This document shows, one piece after another, positions 31,235 to 41,438 of a stretch of 64,000 nucleotides of DNA. The notes under the pieces were generated by a model, which saw only the letters and a list, made by a program, of their open reading frames with translations, ran no database searches and was not told the DNA's origin. The DNA is from a virus. The position numbers were made by a program, and so were the translations under genes. Positions within the stretch are counted from its first letter, which is position 1; each line of letters begins with the position of its first letter. The stretch lies in the IMG/VR virus record IMGVR_UViG_3300017991_000052; one strand, given 5' to 3'.

Positions 31235-32112
31235 TGATAGCAACTACTGATGATAGGTTATATATAAGGGGTGGAGAAGGACAATTATATGTTAATGCAA
31301 ATCCAGTTTCTATAAAAAAAGATTCAATTACAGGAGATCAACATTTAAGATTCCCTAAAATATGCGCTAATTTTAATAAAGAAGTAAATTTAAAATCTTT
31401 GAGTAATTTTATAGAACAATTTAGACATATTGTAAATAAAGAATTTAATAGAATACAGGGATTTAAAGATTTTTATTTTATTTTAAAAGAAGATTTATTT
31501 CATAAAGTTGTTGATGAACATCATGAAAAAAATAAAGCAATGATAATTAATCAATTTAGAATATGTGATGTTAATATAAAAGAAGGAAAACAAGATCAAC
31601 AATATGATATTATGACAGACAATACAACTTATTATTGGATTAATTTATTAAGGAAAACAGAAGATGAAATTCAAAATAGGCGAGAAAGTTAGAACTCGCT
31701 GGGATTTTAAATATGGTGGGTGTGATGGAGTTGTATTAGATTATAATTCTAAAGGACGTTATTTAATAGAATTTGATCATGATATTGGTAGTCATGATTT
31801 ATATGGAAAAGGTAAAAAAGGCCATTGTTATATGATTGATGAGAAATATTTATATAATTGTTCATGTAAAACATGTAAAGTAAATTTAAAAGAAAAGAAA
31901 GGAGGAGTAAAGATGAGTGTATTTGATTTTCTATTGTCTCCAGATGATAAGTTGATTCGTGAAAAAGCAACAGACGATTGTGGTAATTTGGATCTGAATA
32001 ACGTCCATGTACAGCAAGCTATTTTGTTGACAATTAAACCTCAACTTATTAAATTATTACGAGATAAAAAGGCTGATGAAAAAGCTAAGAAGAAAAAAAA
32101 GAAGAAGTAATA

Positions 32113-32841
32113 ATGAAAAGATTTGATCAAAATCTTAAAACAAAGTTGATCGGCAATAAAGGACAACTTAAGCTAAATAAGGCCAAAGTTTGTTTAGTTG
32201 GTCTAGGCGGCACAGGTTGTCCTATTTTTGTCTATTTACATAATGCTGGTGTAGAAAATATTTGTTCAGTCGATGATGATAGGGTTGAAGAATCAAATTT
32301 AAATAGACAGTTTATATATAATGAAGATGATGTTGGGAATAAAAAAGTAGATGTTATTCTTGAAAAATATGGTCATAATATGAAATTCGATGGAAAATCT
32401 ATGAAAGGACAAATAAGCGTAGTTGAAAATAGTTTTCAAGGATGGTTAGAATTTTTAAAAAAACATGATGAAAATCCTCCAAAATTTGATTTAATAATAG
32501 AAGCAACTGATAACTTTGAGACAAAAAAAGCGGTGCAAGAATTTGCTTTCAAACAAAGTATTCCATGTTTAATATGTGGAGTTCATGGCTATCAAATAAA
32601 TATGTTTGCATGGCATCCTAAATATTCTAAAAATAGATATGCAGATTTAATTAATTGTGATGACAATATATCTGAAAAATCAGAAGGAACATTTCCTACA
32701 GCTACTGGAATACTTGGAACTCTTGTTGCAAATGAAGCCATAAAAATATTATTAGAATTACATGAGAAAGTAATTTATAATAGAATATGGTTTTATGATA
32801 TTCTTCATAATCAATTAAAAGATCTTAAAATTTCAGTTTAA
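32113..32841 (+). CDS. Second ThiF/MoeB (E1-like) enzyme
   Basis: VCLVGLGGTG, VDDDRVEESNLNRQ, EATDNF; CxxC pairs absent. Confidence 0.9.
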   Translation: MKRFDQNLKTKLIGNKGQLKLNKAKVCLVGLGGTGCPIFVYLHNAGVENICSVDDDRVEESNLNRQFIYNEDDVGNKKVDVILEKYGHNMKFDGKSMKGQISVVENSFQGWLEFLKKHDENPPKFDLIIEATDNFETKKAVQEFAFKQSIPCLICGVHGYQINMFAWHPKYSKNRYADLINCDDNISEKSEGTFPTATGILGTLVANEAIKILLELHEKVIYNRIWFYDILHNQLKDLKISV

Positions 32842-32865
32842 AAATTTAAGGAAATACAGTATAAT
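32837..32865 (+). promoter_or_regulatory. Sigma70-like promoter
   Basis: TTTAAA-N17-TATAAT before cca. Confidence 0.5.
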
Positions 32866-32871
32866 ATAACA

Positions 32872-34182
32872 ATGATAAGAGATATATTAAAACATGAATT
32901 TACTGAGGTTTACCAGGTCGGCGGATCTGTAAGAGATACTTTATTAAAAAAGTCTCCTAAAGATATTGACTTTATTGTTGTTGGAGATAAGTATGATAAT
33001 ATAGTTAATAAACTATCTAAACATGGCAAATGTGATATAGTGGGCAAATCATTTGGAGTTGTTAAATTCCAATATAAAGATGAAATATACGATATTACAA
33101 TTCCCAGAAAAGAAAGAAGTACCGGTAATGGACATTGTGATTTTTCAATTGAAACTGAAAATGTTACTTTATTAGAAGATCTGCAAAGAAGAGATTTTAC
33201 AATTAATGCCATATTAATGACATTAGATGGGAAGGTTGTAGATCCCTTAAAAGGGACACAAGATTTATCGCAGCGATTAATTAAACCAGTCTTTGATAAT
33301 TGCTTTAATGAAGACCCATTAAGAATGTTAAGGGCTATACGATTTGCATGTCAATTGAATTTTGAATTAGATGAATATACAATAGAAAAAATACGAGAAA
33401 ATGCTTCTCTTATAAACACTGTGTCAGTTGAAAGGATAAGAGAAGAATTAAATAAGATTTTATTATCCGACACGCCAGATGATGGGGTCTGGCTGTTGGA
33501 TGAATTAGATTTATTAAAATATATACTTCCAGAATTAGAGAAATTAATTCGCATAGAACAAAATAAAAAATACCATATTTATAATGCTTTCAATCATACT
33601 TTATCTGCATTAAGATATTGTGAAAGTAAAGACTTAGATGTAAGATTAGCTGTATTATTACATGATATTGGTAAAGCAAAAACAAAAACTATTGGTGATG
33701 ATGGTGAAATTCATTTTTATAATCATGAAGAAGTTGGAGTTGATATAGCTAAAGATATAATGAAACGATTAAAATATTCAAATGAAACAATTAATCTTGT
33801 TTGTATACTTATAAGAGAACACATGTTTGATCTTTTTTCTAAAGAACGAGCAATGAAAAGATTAATAGCTCGCGTTGGAAAAGAAAATATTTGGAAATTA
33901 TATGATCTTCGAATTGCAGATAGAAAAGCTGCCGGAAGAGAAGATATTAGTATGGAAAAAGTAGAAAGAAGTAAACAATTAGTAAGAGATATTTTTGAAA
34001 AAGAAAACGCTTTTAAAGTTACAGATTTAAAAATAGATGGGCATGATGTAATGACTGAATTAGAAGTTGGTCCAGGTCGCCACATAGGGGATATATTAAG
34101 ATCTATATTTGAAGAAGTATTAGATGAAAAAATAGAAAATAATAGAGAAGTTTTAATGCAAAGAATAAAAGAATTTGCATAA
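32872..34182 (+). CDS. cca: CCA-adding tRNA nucleotidyltransferase with HD domain
   Basis: VGGSVRD, DIDF, DLQRRDFTINA, EDPLRMLRAIRF, ERIREEL, LLHDIGK. Confidence 0.92.
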   Translation: MIRDILKHEFTEVYQVGGSVRDTLLKKSPKDIDFIVVGDKYDNIVNKLSKHGKCDIVGKSFGVVKFQYKDEIYDITIPRKERSTGNGHCDFSIETENVTLLEDLQRRDFTINAILMTLDGKVVDPLKGTQDLSQRLIKPVFDNCFNEDPLRMLRAIRFACQLNFELDEYTIEKIRENASLINTVSVERIREELNKILLSDTPDDGVWLLDELDLLKYILPELEKLIRIEQNKKYHIYNAFNHTLSALRYCESKDLDVRLAVLLHDIGKAKTKTIGDDGEIHFYNHEEVGVDIAKDIMKRLKYSNETINLVCILIREHMFDLFSKERAMKRLIARVGKENIWKLYDLRIADRKAAGREDISMEKVERSKQLVRDIFEKENAFKVTDLKIDGHDVMTELEVGPGRHIGDILRSIFEEVLDEKIENNREVLMQRIKEFA

Positions 34183-34505
34183 GTTTAAAGTAAAGGAGGT
34201 GACATGAATGAGGTCAACTTTGACAGATGAGCAAGTTAAGACTGTGATGAAATTGAAGGACACGACGAGTGCTGCAGAAATTTCTCGCAGGATTGGTGCC
34301 CCAGCTCATAAGATTCGTTACTTCCTATGGAAGAGTAATCCCCCGCGTAAACGGCTTATGAACAAAGGACCAAGAATTATTACATCTAAGTCTAAACCGC
34401 AGAAAGAAGTCATAACTCTTACTGTGAATGGATTTGATGTAAAAGGCAAAGTAAAACACTTTGCTGCTCTTTTGAGCAAGTAGTTTTTATTATTCATTAG
34501 ATCAA

Positions 34506-34535
34506 GTAGCTGGAATGCAATAGTGTTCCAGCTAC
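34506..34535 (+). terminator. Stem-loop
   Basis: GTAGCTGGAATGC-AATA-GTGTTCCAGCTAC. Confidence 0.6.
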
Positions 34536-34975
34536 ATTCTAAGAAAGGGGAAGATAATGAAAATTGAAGAATATATAGAAATTATAAATGCAAGTAATAT
34601 TTCTGATGCAAAAAAAAGAATATTAATTGAAGATTATCAAAAATTAAAAGAACGTCCAATTTTAAAACAAAATTGTAAATGTATTTATCCAATACATAAA
34701 GTTGTAAAAGAAAACGGAAAATATAGAAAATTATTAGAACTTGATAAAAATAGACATGAAGGATTAATAAATTTTATTGAAAATCATCAAGAACTTGGAG
34801 TAAAATGGACTTTATCATGGTCAAATTTAATGCCAAAAATTGTTAATAATAAATTTGATTGGGGGGAAATATATCAACAATTTATTTGGATGCAAAATAT
34901 GGATATATTAAATATTCAATTGATTAATGAGGGATATTATAAAGCATCAGATGAATAAAATTAAAGATTAAAAAC

Positions 34976-35374
34976 ATGAAACATTTTGAAACAAATAAAT
35001 TACATATAAAAAGTTGGTGTAACGAACCAGAAGAAGGGGCATTAAAACAAGCTGAGAATTTAGCTCAATTGCCATTTGCTTTTCATCATATTGCTTTAAT
35101 GCCTGACACCCATCAAGGATATGGTATGCCAATTGGTGGAGTATTAGCTACAGAAGGAGTAGTTGTTCCAAATGCTGTAGGGGTAGATATTTTTTGTTCA
35201 GTTAGTGCATTAAAAACAAACATAAAAGCATCAGATTTATCTGTGGAAAAATTAAAAGAAATAATGGGAGAAATAAGAAAGCAAGTTCCTTTTGGTGAAG
35301 GTAATTACCCAGAGTATGATAAAGAAATTGGAGAATATTTAGAAAATTTAGAAAAAGAGATGAATAATGAGTAA
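34976..35374 (+). CDS. rtcB: RtcB RNA ligase, N-terminal fragment
   Basis: ALMPDTHQGYGMPIGGV..VPNAVGVDIFC. Confidence 0.9.
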   Translation: MKHFETNKLHIKSWCNEPEEGALKQAENLAQLPFAFHHIALMPDTHQGYGMPIGGVLATEGVVVPNAVGVDIFCSVSALKTNIKASDLSVEKLKEIMGEIRKQVPFGEGNYPEYDKEIGEYLENLEKEMNNE

Positions 35375-36122
35375 ATATAAATTAAATAAAAGATGTATAA
35401 AATGTAATAAATTACTTTTAGATAAAAATAAAAGTGGCTTTTGTAATTCTCATAGAGATAGAACTGGATCAAATAATTCATTTTTCGGGAAACATCATTC
35501 AAAAGAAACAATTGATGGAATAAAGGCAAAGAATCGTAAAAAAAGTAAAGAAAATTGGAAAAAAAAAGAATATAGAGATAAAGTTATAAAAGGCACATCT
35601 AAACCAAGAAAAGAATCTTTTAAGAAAGAACAAAGCGATAGAATAAAATTGTGGTACAAAGATAATCCAAAACAAAAAGATATTCGTTCAATACATATGA
35701 AAAAGTCTTGGAAAAATGGATTAATTCCTAAAAGTAAACACACACAAATGAATAAAAGTAAAATACAAAATGAATTTTTTAATGACATTAAAGATATTTA
35801 TCCATTTGTTAGTGATAATACAACAATAAAATACGACAGTAAATGGTTATTCCCAGATATTTCTATTATTAAAGATGGAATTATTGTAGAGTTTTTAGGT
35901 GACTATTGGCATGCAAATCCAAATAAATATAAAGAAAATGATATTGTTCATCACGAACTAACAGCATTGGAAATTTGGAAAAATGATGAAAGAAGAAAAT
36001 CAACTTTTGAGAGACTTGGGTTTTTTGTTTATACTGTTTGGGAAAGTGATTATAAGAAAGACAAAAGGCATGTATTGAATACATTTGATTCAATTTTAAA
36101 TTGGGAAGGATGTTCTATATGA
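35367..36122 (+). mobile_element. Free-standing homing endonuclease (NUMOD3-like plus Vsr/DUF559-like nuclease) inserted in rtcB
   Basis: GSNNSFFGKHHSKET; FPD...VEFLGDYWH...D..R...LGF.VYTVWESD. Confidence 0.8.
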
Positions 36123-36967
36123 ATTATCAAAAAATGAAAGACTGGATTATGTCTGATGAATTTAAAGAATTATACAAAAAATTTAATCCAGAACTGAGAA
36201 AGTTTATTAGACATCAATTTAGTAGATTGCCTAGTGGTGGCGGAGGGAACCACTTTTCCGAGATACAAAAAGACAAAGAAGGGAATATTTGGGTTATGTT
36301 ACATTTTGGGAGTAGAAATCTAGGTCAACAATTCGGAAAATATTATAATAAATTAGCTAAAGACTTAAATAATAAGTGGTTTTCAAGTGTTCCAAAAGAG
36401 TATGACTTGGCTTTTTTACCAATAGATACTAAAGAAGCACAAGAATATCTCTCTGCCTTAGAAATATGTAAACAATATGCTAAGTATAATCACTTAATTG
36501 CTATGGATAAAATTAAAGAGATTTTTAAACAAAGAACAAATTGCTCTTTTTTAGAGTATTATTATGTCCCACACAATTATGCAAGTTGGGAAAATCATTA
36601 TGGTAAAGATGTTATTGTTCATCGAAAAGGAGCAACTTTAGCAAGAGAAGATACTATTGGGATTATTCCAGGAAGTCAAGGAACAGCAAGTTATATTGTA
36701 ATTGGTAAAGGTAATAAAGATAGTTTTAACTCTTGTTCTCATGGCGCAGGCAGAAAGATGGGTAGAAAAGAAGCACAAAGAACTTTAAGTTTAGAAGAAG
36801 AAAAAAAGAAGTTAGATGAAAGGGGAATTGTTCATTCTATTAGATATGAAAAAGATCTTGATGAAGCTTCTGGTGCGTATAAAGATATTGATATTGTTAT
36901 GAAAGAACAAGAAGATCTTGTAGATATTAAAGTAAAATTAGTACCGCTAGGAGTAATAAAAGGATGA
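36119..36967 (+). CDS. rtcB: RtcB RNA ligase, C-terminal fragment
   Basis: GGGNHFSEIQ, HFGSRNLG, HNYA, HRKGAT, IPGSQG, SCSHGAGR, DEASGAYK. Confidence 0.9.
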   Translation: MNYQKMKDWIMSDEFKELYKKFNPELRKFIRHQFSRLPSGGGGNHFSEIQKDKEGNIWVMLHFGSRNLGQQFGKYYNKLAKDLNNKWFSSVPKEYDLAFLPIDTKEAQEYLSALEICKQYAKYNHLIAMDKIKEIFKQRTNCSFLEYYYVPHNYASWENHYGKDVIVHRKGATLAREDTIGIIPGSQGTASYIVIGKGNKDSFNSCSHGAGRKMGRKEAQRTLSLEEEKKKLDERGIVHSIRYEKDLDEASGAYKDIDIVMKEQEDLVDIKVKLVPLGVIKG

Positions 36968-37159
36968 ATATTTATGTGTAAAAGAAAAATATGGTTATCG
37001 CCATGTCCAGGAGTCGGAATGAAGGCCGTTATATTAAAGAAGAGATTTGGCTTTTATAAAATTTTATATAAAGATCTTGATAGAAAATGTAGAATTGAAT
37101 GGTGTCCGTCTTATTATGCTGGAGAAAGCATAATTGAGAGAGAATAAATTGATTTATAA

Positions 37160-37266
37160 GGCGGGAGAGGCTGAAAAGCTGTGAATTATAGTCGGGTATC
37201 ACAGGGACTCGTTAACTTATGTACACGTCTGGCTGCTACTATAAGCTGAAGGCCAGCGCTCCCGCT
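37160..37266 (+). ncRNA. Unidentified ~105-nt structured RNA with potential kissing loops
   Basis: GCGGGAG/CTCCCGC closing stem; CTGTGA/TCACAG; CTGGC/GCCAG; loops TTATAGT and ACTATAA complementary. Confidence 0.55.
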
Positions 37267-38247
37267 GATCTTAAAGGAGATAAATAATGAATAAAAAAAT
37301 AGAAGAACTTATAAAATTAACTAAAGAAAATCCAGATATGGAAATAACTGTTATGGTTGAAACTGAAGTTTGTCATGATAATAGTTTTGCATATTGGAGA
37401 GGTATTATTGCAAGAATAGAAATAGATACAATATGGCAACCAGATGAAACAACTTTTATTGGGGATGAAGAAATAACAGATGAAATTTATAATAATATTT
37501 GTGATGATTTACCAGATGATTTAACAGATGATGAGAGACAACGGTTTATAGAAAAAGAATATAAAGATTATGTTAAAAAAGGAGAAATAAAGAAGCATAT
37601 AATAATTTATATTGAGCCATAAAAATAAAAAGGAGGAAAATAATGCAATTAATTAGATTTGGGATTATTATTACTTTTATTGTTAGTATGCTTTTGACAA
37701 GTTATTTTGCAATGATTAATGATAAAAGATTAACTAAATTATTTATGTTAATTATGCTTGTTTCATGGGGTGCATCTTATATATGGGTGGTGAACTAATG
37801 ATAAAATCTTTTAAAGAAAGAATAGATCTTACAAGTAAAATAAAAAGTCAAAAAATAAAAGAAGCTTTATTACTTGGATTTTCAAAAGCGATTGATAGGG
37901 CACTTGAAGAAAAAGATCTTAAAACTCTTGAAATGATTGCTGGTGTTGTTGAATCTTTTGAAGAAATGAATAAGCATTAAAATGTTTAAAAAAATTAAAC
38001 AAAAAATAAAAGATATTTATGAAGCTTATATTATAGGCAAATATGTACGAATAGGTTGTGAATTTGGAGATATGTATAGTTATTCATATTTAGGAGATGC
38101 TATAGGATATGATATGTATCATGATTCATGGAAACATTTAGAAGAAAAAATTATAAAAATGGGGTATAAACCCTATACTTTAAAACAATTTGTAAAAGCT
38201 GGTGGTTATGGGCAGCCATTGCCATCATTTCAAAAAGAAAGAAGAAA

Positions 38248-39453
38248 ATGAAAATATTATTTAAAGCAATAATGGGTAGTCAAGCATATGGGACAAATAC
38301 TCCTACATCAGATGAGGATATACGTGGTGTAGGTATTAAAATAAACCCTAAATATTATTTTGGTCTATCTAATTTTGAACAATTAGATGCAACTAAAGAT
38401 AAAGATATTACAATATATTCATTAAAGAAATTTTTTTCATTAGCATTAAAAGGTAATCCAAATATATTAGAGATTTTATATCAAAATAATCCGCAATTAA
38501 TAAAAGAAAAAGACTCTATTTGGGATGAGATGATAATACCAAATAGACATTTATTTTTATCTAAAAAAGTAAAAGACGCATATTTAGGATATGCTTATGC
38601 TCAAATACATAGAATGGAGAATCATCGTAAATGGTATGATAATCCACCACAAGAGCCAAAAGTTGAAAATTATTTTATTAAAGCAGATGAAAGATATGAA
38701 AAATATAAAGATATATTTATTGAATATGATAAAAGCACACCAGAAGAAGCTATTAAACTTAAAAAAAGAATAGAGAATTTTATTGATAATCTTCATGATA
38801 GAACAAATGTAATGTATATAAGGGGATTCCATTCTAAAATGGTAGTTAAATATAGAGATAAAATTATTGAAAAAGAAGGTCATATATTTAATGAAGCTGA
38901 ATACGACAAAGCTCTTAAAGAATATAATGATTATATAACATGGAAAACTAATAGAAATGAAAAGAGATCGGCATTAGAAGAAAAATCTGGATATGATACT
39001 AAACATGCTTACCATTGTATGAGATTACTGGATCAGTGTGAGGATATATTTAGGCTTAAGACTTTGCGTGTAATGCGCGATGATAGGGTGTCTCTTTGGA
39101 GGGATATAAGAGACGGAAAATATACTTATGAAGAATTTAGACAAATGTATGATGATAAGATTAAAATATTAGAGTATTTATTTACTATTACAGAATTGCC
39201 AAGTAAACCAGATTTTAATAAAGTAGAAAAACTTTGTATTGATATACATCGAAAAGCTATTAATATTATTCCAGAATGTTCATGTGATTGTGAATTTTAT
39301 GAAGAATACGAAGAATGGGATAGAGACAGATCTTATAATGATGATTACGAACCTGAAGTAATTCAATATATAGATAATCCATTTTGCAAAGATTGCATAA
39401 GAAAAAATGGTGTACGTGATTTTTATAGTAAACATTGCGGGGTAGAGCAGTAG
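38248..39453 (+). CDS. DNA-pol-beta-superfamily nucleotidyltransferase (phage type)
   Basis: GSQAYGTNTPTSDEDIRG, KGNPNILE, GYDTKHAYHCMRL, LPSKPD. Confidence 0.85.
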   Translation: MKILFKAIMGSQAYGTNTPTSDEDIRGVGIKINPKYYFGLSNFEQLDATKDKDITIYSLKKFFSLALKGNPNILEILYQNNPQLIKEKDSIWDEMIIPNRHLFLSKKVKDAYLGYAYAQIHRMENHRKWYDNPPQEPKVENYFIKADERYEKYKDIFIEYDKSTPEEAIKLKKRIENFIDNLHDRTNVMYIRGFHSKMVVKYRDKIIEKEGHIFNEAEYDKALKEYNDYITWKTNRNEKRSALEEKSGYDTKHAYHCMRLLDQCEDIFRLKTLRVMRDDRVSLWRDIRDGKYTYEEFRQMYDDKIKILEYLFTITELPSKPDFNKVEKLCIDIHRKAINIIPECSCDCEFYEEYEEWDRDRSYNDDYEPEVIQYIDNPFCKDCIRKNGVRDFYSKHCGVEQ

Positions 39454-39512
39454 GCCAGCTCGCTTGGTTCATACCCAAGAAGTCGTGGGTTCAAATCCCA
39501 CCCCCGCTACCA
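39436..39512 (+). tRNA. tRNA-Met(CAU), initiator-like body
   Basis: U1:U72 mismatch, GAGCAG/AGCTCG D-arm, CTTGG-TTCATAC-CCAAG; CCA. Confidence 0.9.
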
Positions 39513-40012
39513 AAGAAAGGTAATAATAAAAAATGATCGATATATGTCCGCAATGTAGAGAAAAGCAATGGTCAGTAATGGATAAGAAATATATAGAAAT
39601 TTACGGTAATTGCTGGTCTTGTGATAAAAAGAAATGGGAAAATAAGGAAATATCGACAGAAGAATTTGAAAAACGTGAAGTTGAAGCATTAAAGGAAAAA
39701 TAAATAATGGATAATAATAAAGTATATAAAATAAAACATATTCCAACGGGATTATTTTATACTCCAGTTAAAGGAAAATATAGAAATAATAAAACAAATC
39801 TTAGCAAAAAAGGTAAATTTTATCCAATGAATAAACCCTCATTTGAACATATAAAACATTGTATTAGAATTAGTAATACTTTATTAAAAAAATATCCAAA
39901 TATTTCTGTAAAACAATCATATGGAGAAAATATAATAGCATGGGATGAAAATGATTGGGAAATAATAGAATATATGCTTAGTTAATATTAAAATAAAGAA
40001 AGGAGAAATAAA

Positions 40013-40375
40013 ATGGAATTTATAGAAGTAAAAAAAGAAGAGGAAATGGAATTAGAGGGAATTATTATAAGACCAATAATAGAGAAAGGTAAAACAAAAT
40101 CATTATTTTTAAAAGATGCTAATGGTAAATCATATAAAATTAATGGTGAATATTCTGAGTTGTCAATATTAAAACCTAAACCAATTATTGTCAATAGACA
40201 TGTTTTAATAGTTTCATTAAATAAAGATATAAAAAGGGAATTTGAGTTCGATACGATTGAAGAAGCTGAATCAAAACAGAGAGAATTAGAGAGAAAATAC
40301 CCAAATGATTCATTATCATTTGAAATTGTCGATAAAAAAGTAGAGACAAATACGGTGATCGATGAGGCAATCTGA
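40013..40375 (+). CDS. Hypothetical; tag variant VIDEAI
   Basis: ends NTVIDEAI. Confidence 0.65.
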   Translation: MEFIEVKKEEEMELEGIIIRPIIEKGKTKSLFLKDANGKSYKINGEYSELSILKPKPIIVNRHVLIVSLNKDIKREFEFDTIEEAESKQRELERKYPNDSLSFEIVDKKVETNTVIDEAI

Positions 40376-40417
40376 TCAGTAATAGTTATATAAATAGCCA
40401 CAAAAGGGGGAATTTAA

Positions 40418-41233
40418 ATGAAAAGAATGTTTGCAAAATTAAAGAATATGTTTCTTACTCCCGACGAGAGAATGCAAATTAGAGCTTTAAATGCAGAAGA
40501 AAAAAGGGATAAAAGGAGGTTTACAAGATCAGAAGTGGGAATATTACAAAAACAAAATAGATTATTATGGTTGAGTGTAATAGGACTTTCTATGTTATTA
40601 GTATTAATGTTGATTTATACAGTTGTAAGAGATGTGAAATATTACAAAATGTTAGTGAAAAAAGATAGTCCATATTGGATGGCTCATGTTCCAATAGGAA
40701 AGCCAATTGATAGATATGTAAGAGTATCTTCAAGTTATGGATGGAGAAAAAATCCATTTTATAATTCTAATAGAAGAGATGTTCCTTCGTGGAGAAAAAG
40801 TAGCGAATATGAATTTACAAATGGGGTAGATTATGCGTGTTATGTTGGCACAGATGTTTTTACGCGTGCACACGGGAGAGTAATAAAAGCTGGATGGGAT
40901 TGGAGTGGTGGAGGTAATGTCATCATTATAGATCATGGTGGTATTTATAAAACTCAATATTGTCATTTATCAGAAATGCTTGTTAAAGTTGGTCAAAGAG
41001 TTAAAAAAGGTCAAATTATTGCAAAAAGCGGGAATACTGGGTTTACAACTGGAGCTCATGTAGATTATGTAATAAAAGCAAGAGATGTCGATTCTAAATA
41101 TGAAAAATGGGTTGCAATTAATCCTAAGTATTTTATTTATAATAAATACATCCCTAAAACAAAAGCTAATGCAGTGGCTATGTTAAATAAACTTGAGAAA
41201 GAAAAAAGACACATGTATGTGGCTATGAAATAG
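40418..41233 (+). CDS. Membrane-anchored M23/LytM-fold protein with degenerate metal ligands
   Basis: TM helix; SSYGWR.NP, GVDY, GNVIIIDH, YCHL, SGNTGFTTGAHVDY. Confidence 0.85.
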   Translation: MKRMFAKLKNMFLTPDERMQIRALNAEEKRDKRRFTRSEVGILQKQNRLLWLSVIGLSMLLVLMLIYTVVRDVKYYKMLVKKDSPYWMAHVPIGKPIDRYVRVSSSYGWRKNPFYNSNRRDVPSWRKSSEYEFTNGVDYACYVGTDVFTRAHGRVIKAGWDWSGGGNVIIIDHGGIYKTQYCHLSEMLVKVGQRVKKGQIIAKSGNTGFTTGAHVDYVIKARDVDSKYEKWVAINPKYFIYNKYIPKTKANAVAMLNKLEKEKRHMYVAMK

Positions 41234-41235
41234 TA

Positions 41236-41264
41236 TTTACAATTTAATGAAGTTGTGTTATAAT
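41236..41264 (+). promoter_or_regulatory. Sigma70-like promoter, extended -10
   Basis: TTTACA-N17(TG)-TATAAT. Confidence 0.7.
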
Positions 41265-41352
41265 GATTTCAGTACATTGAAAAGCTAAAAGAAAGTTTTA
41301 CCGTCATGGAGACGATCGCAATAGCGATCGTCTCTAGTTAAGCATAACGAGC

Positions 41353-41400
41353 AAAAAGCAGTTATTAAATCTTACGGGATTTGGTAGCTGCTTTTTTTTT
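41353..41400 (+). terminator. Intrinsic terminator in leader of sigma-like gene
   Basis: AGCAGTTATTAAATCT-TACG-GGATTTGGTAGCTGCT followed by T-run. Confidence 0.7.
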
Positions 41401-41438
41401 GCATTTAGGGGGAGAAATGAGGGTAATCTACGTGAGAA

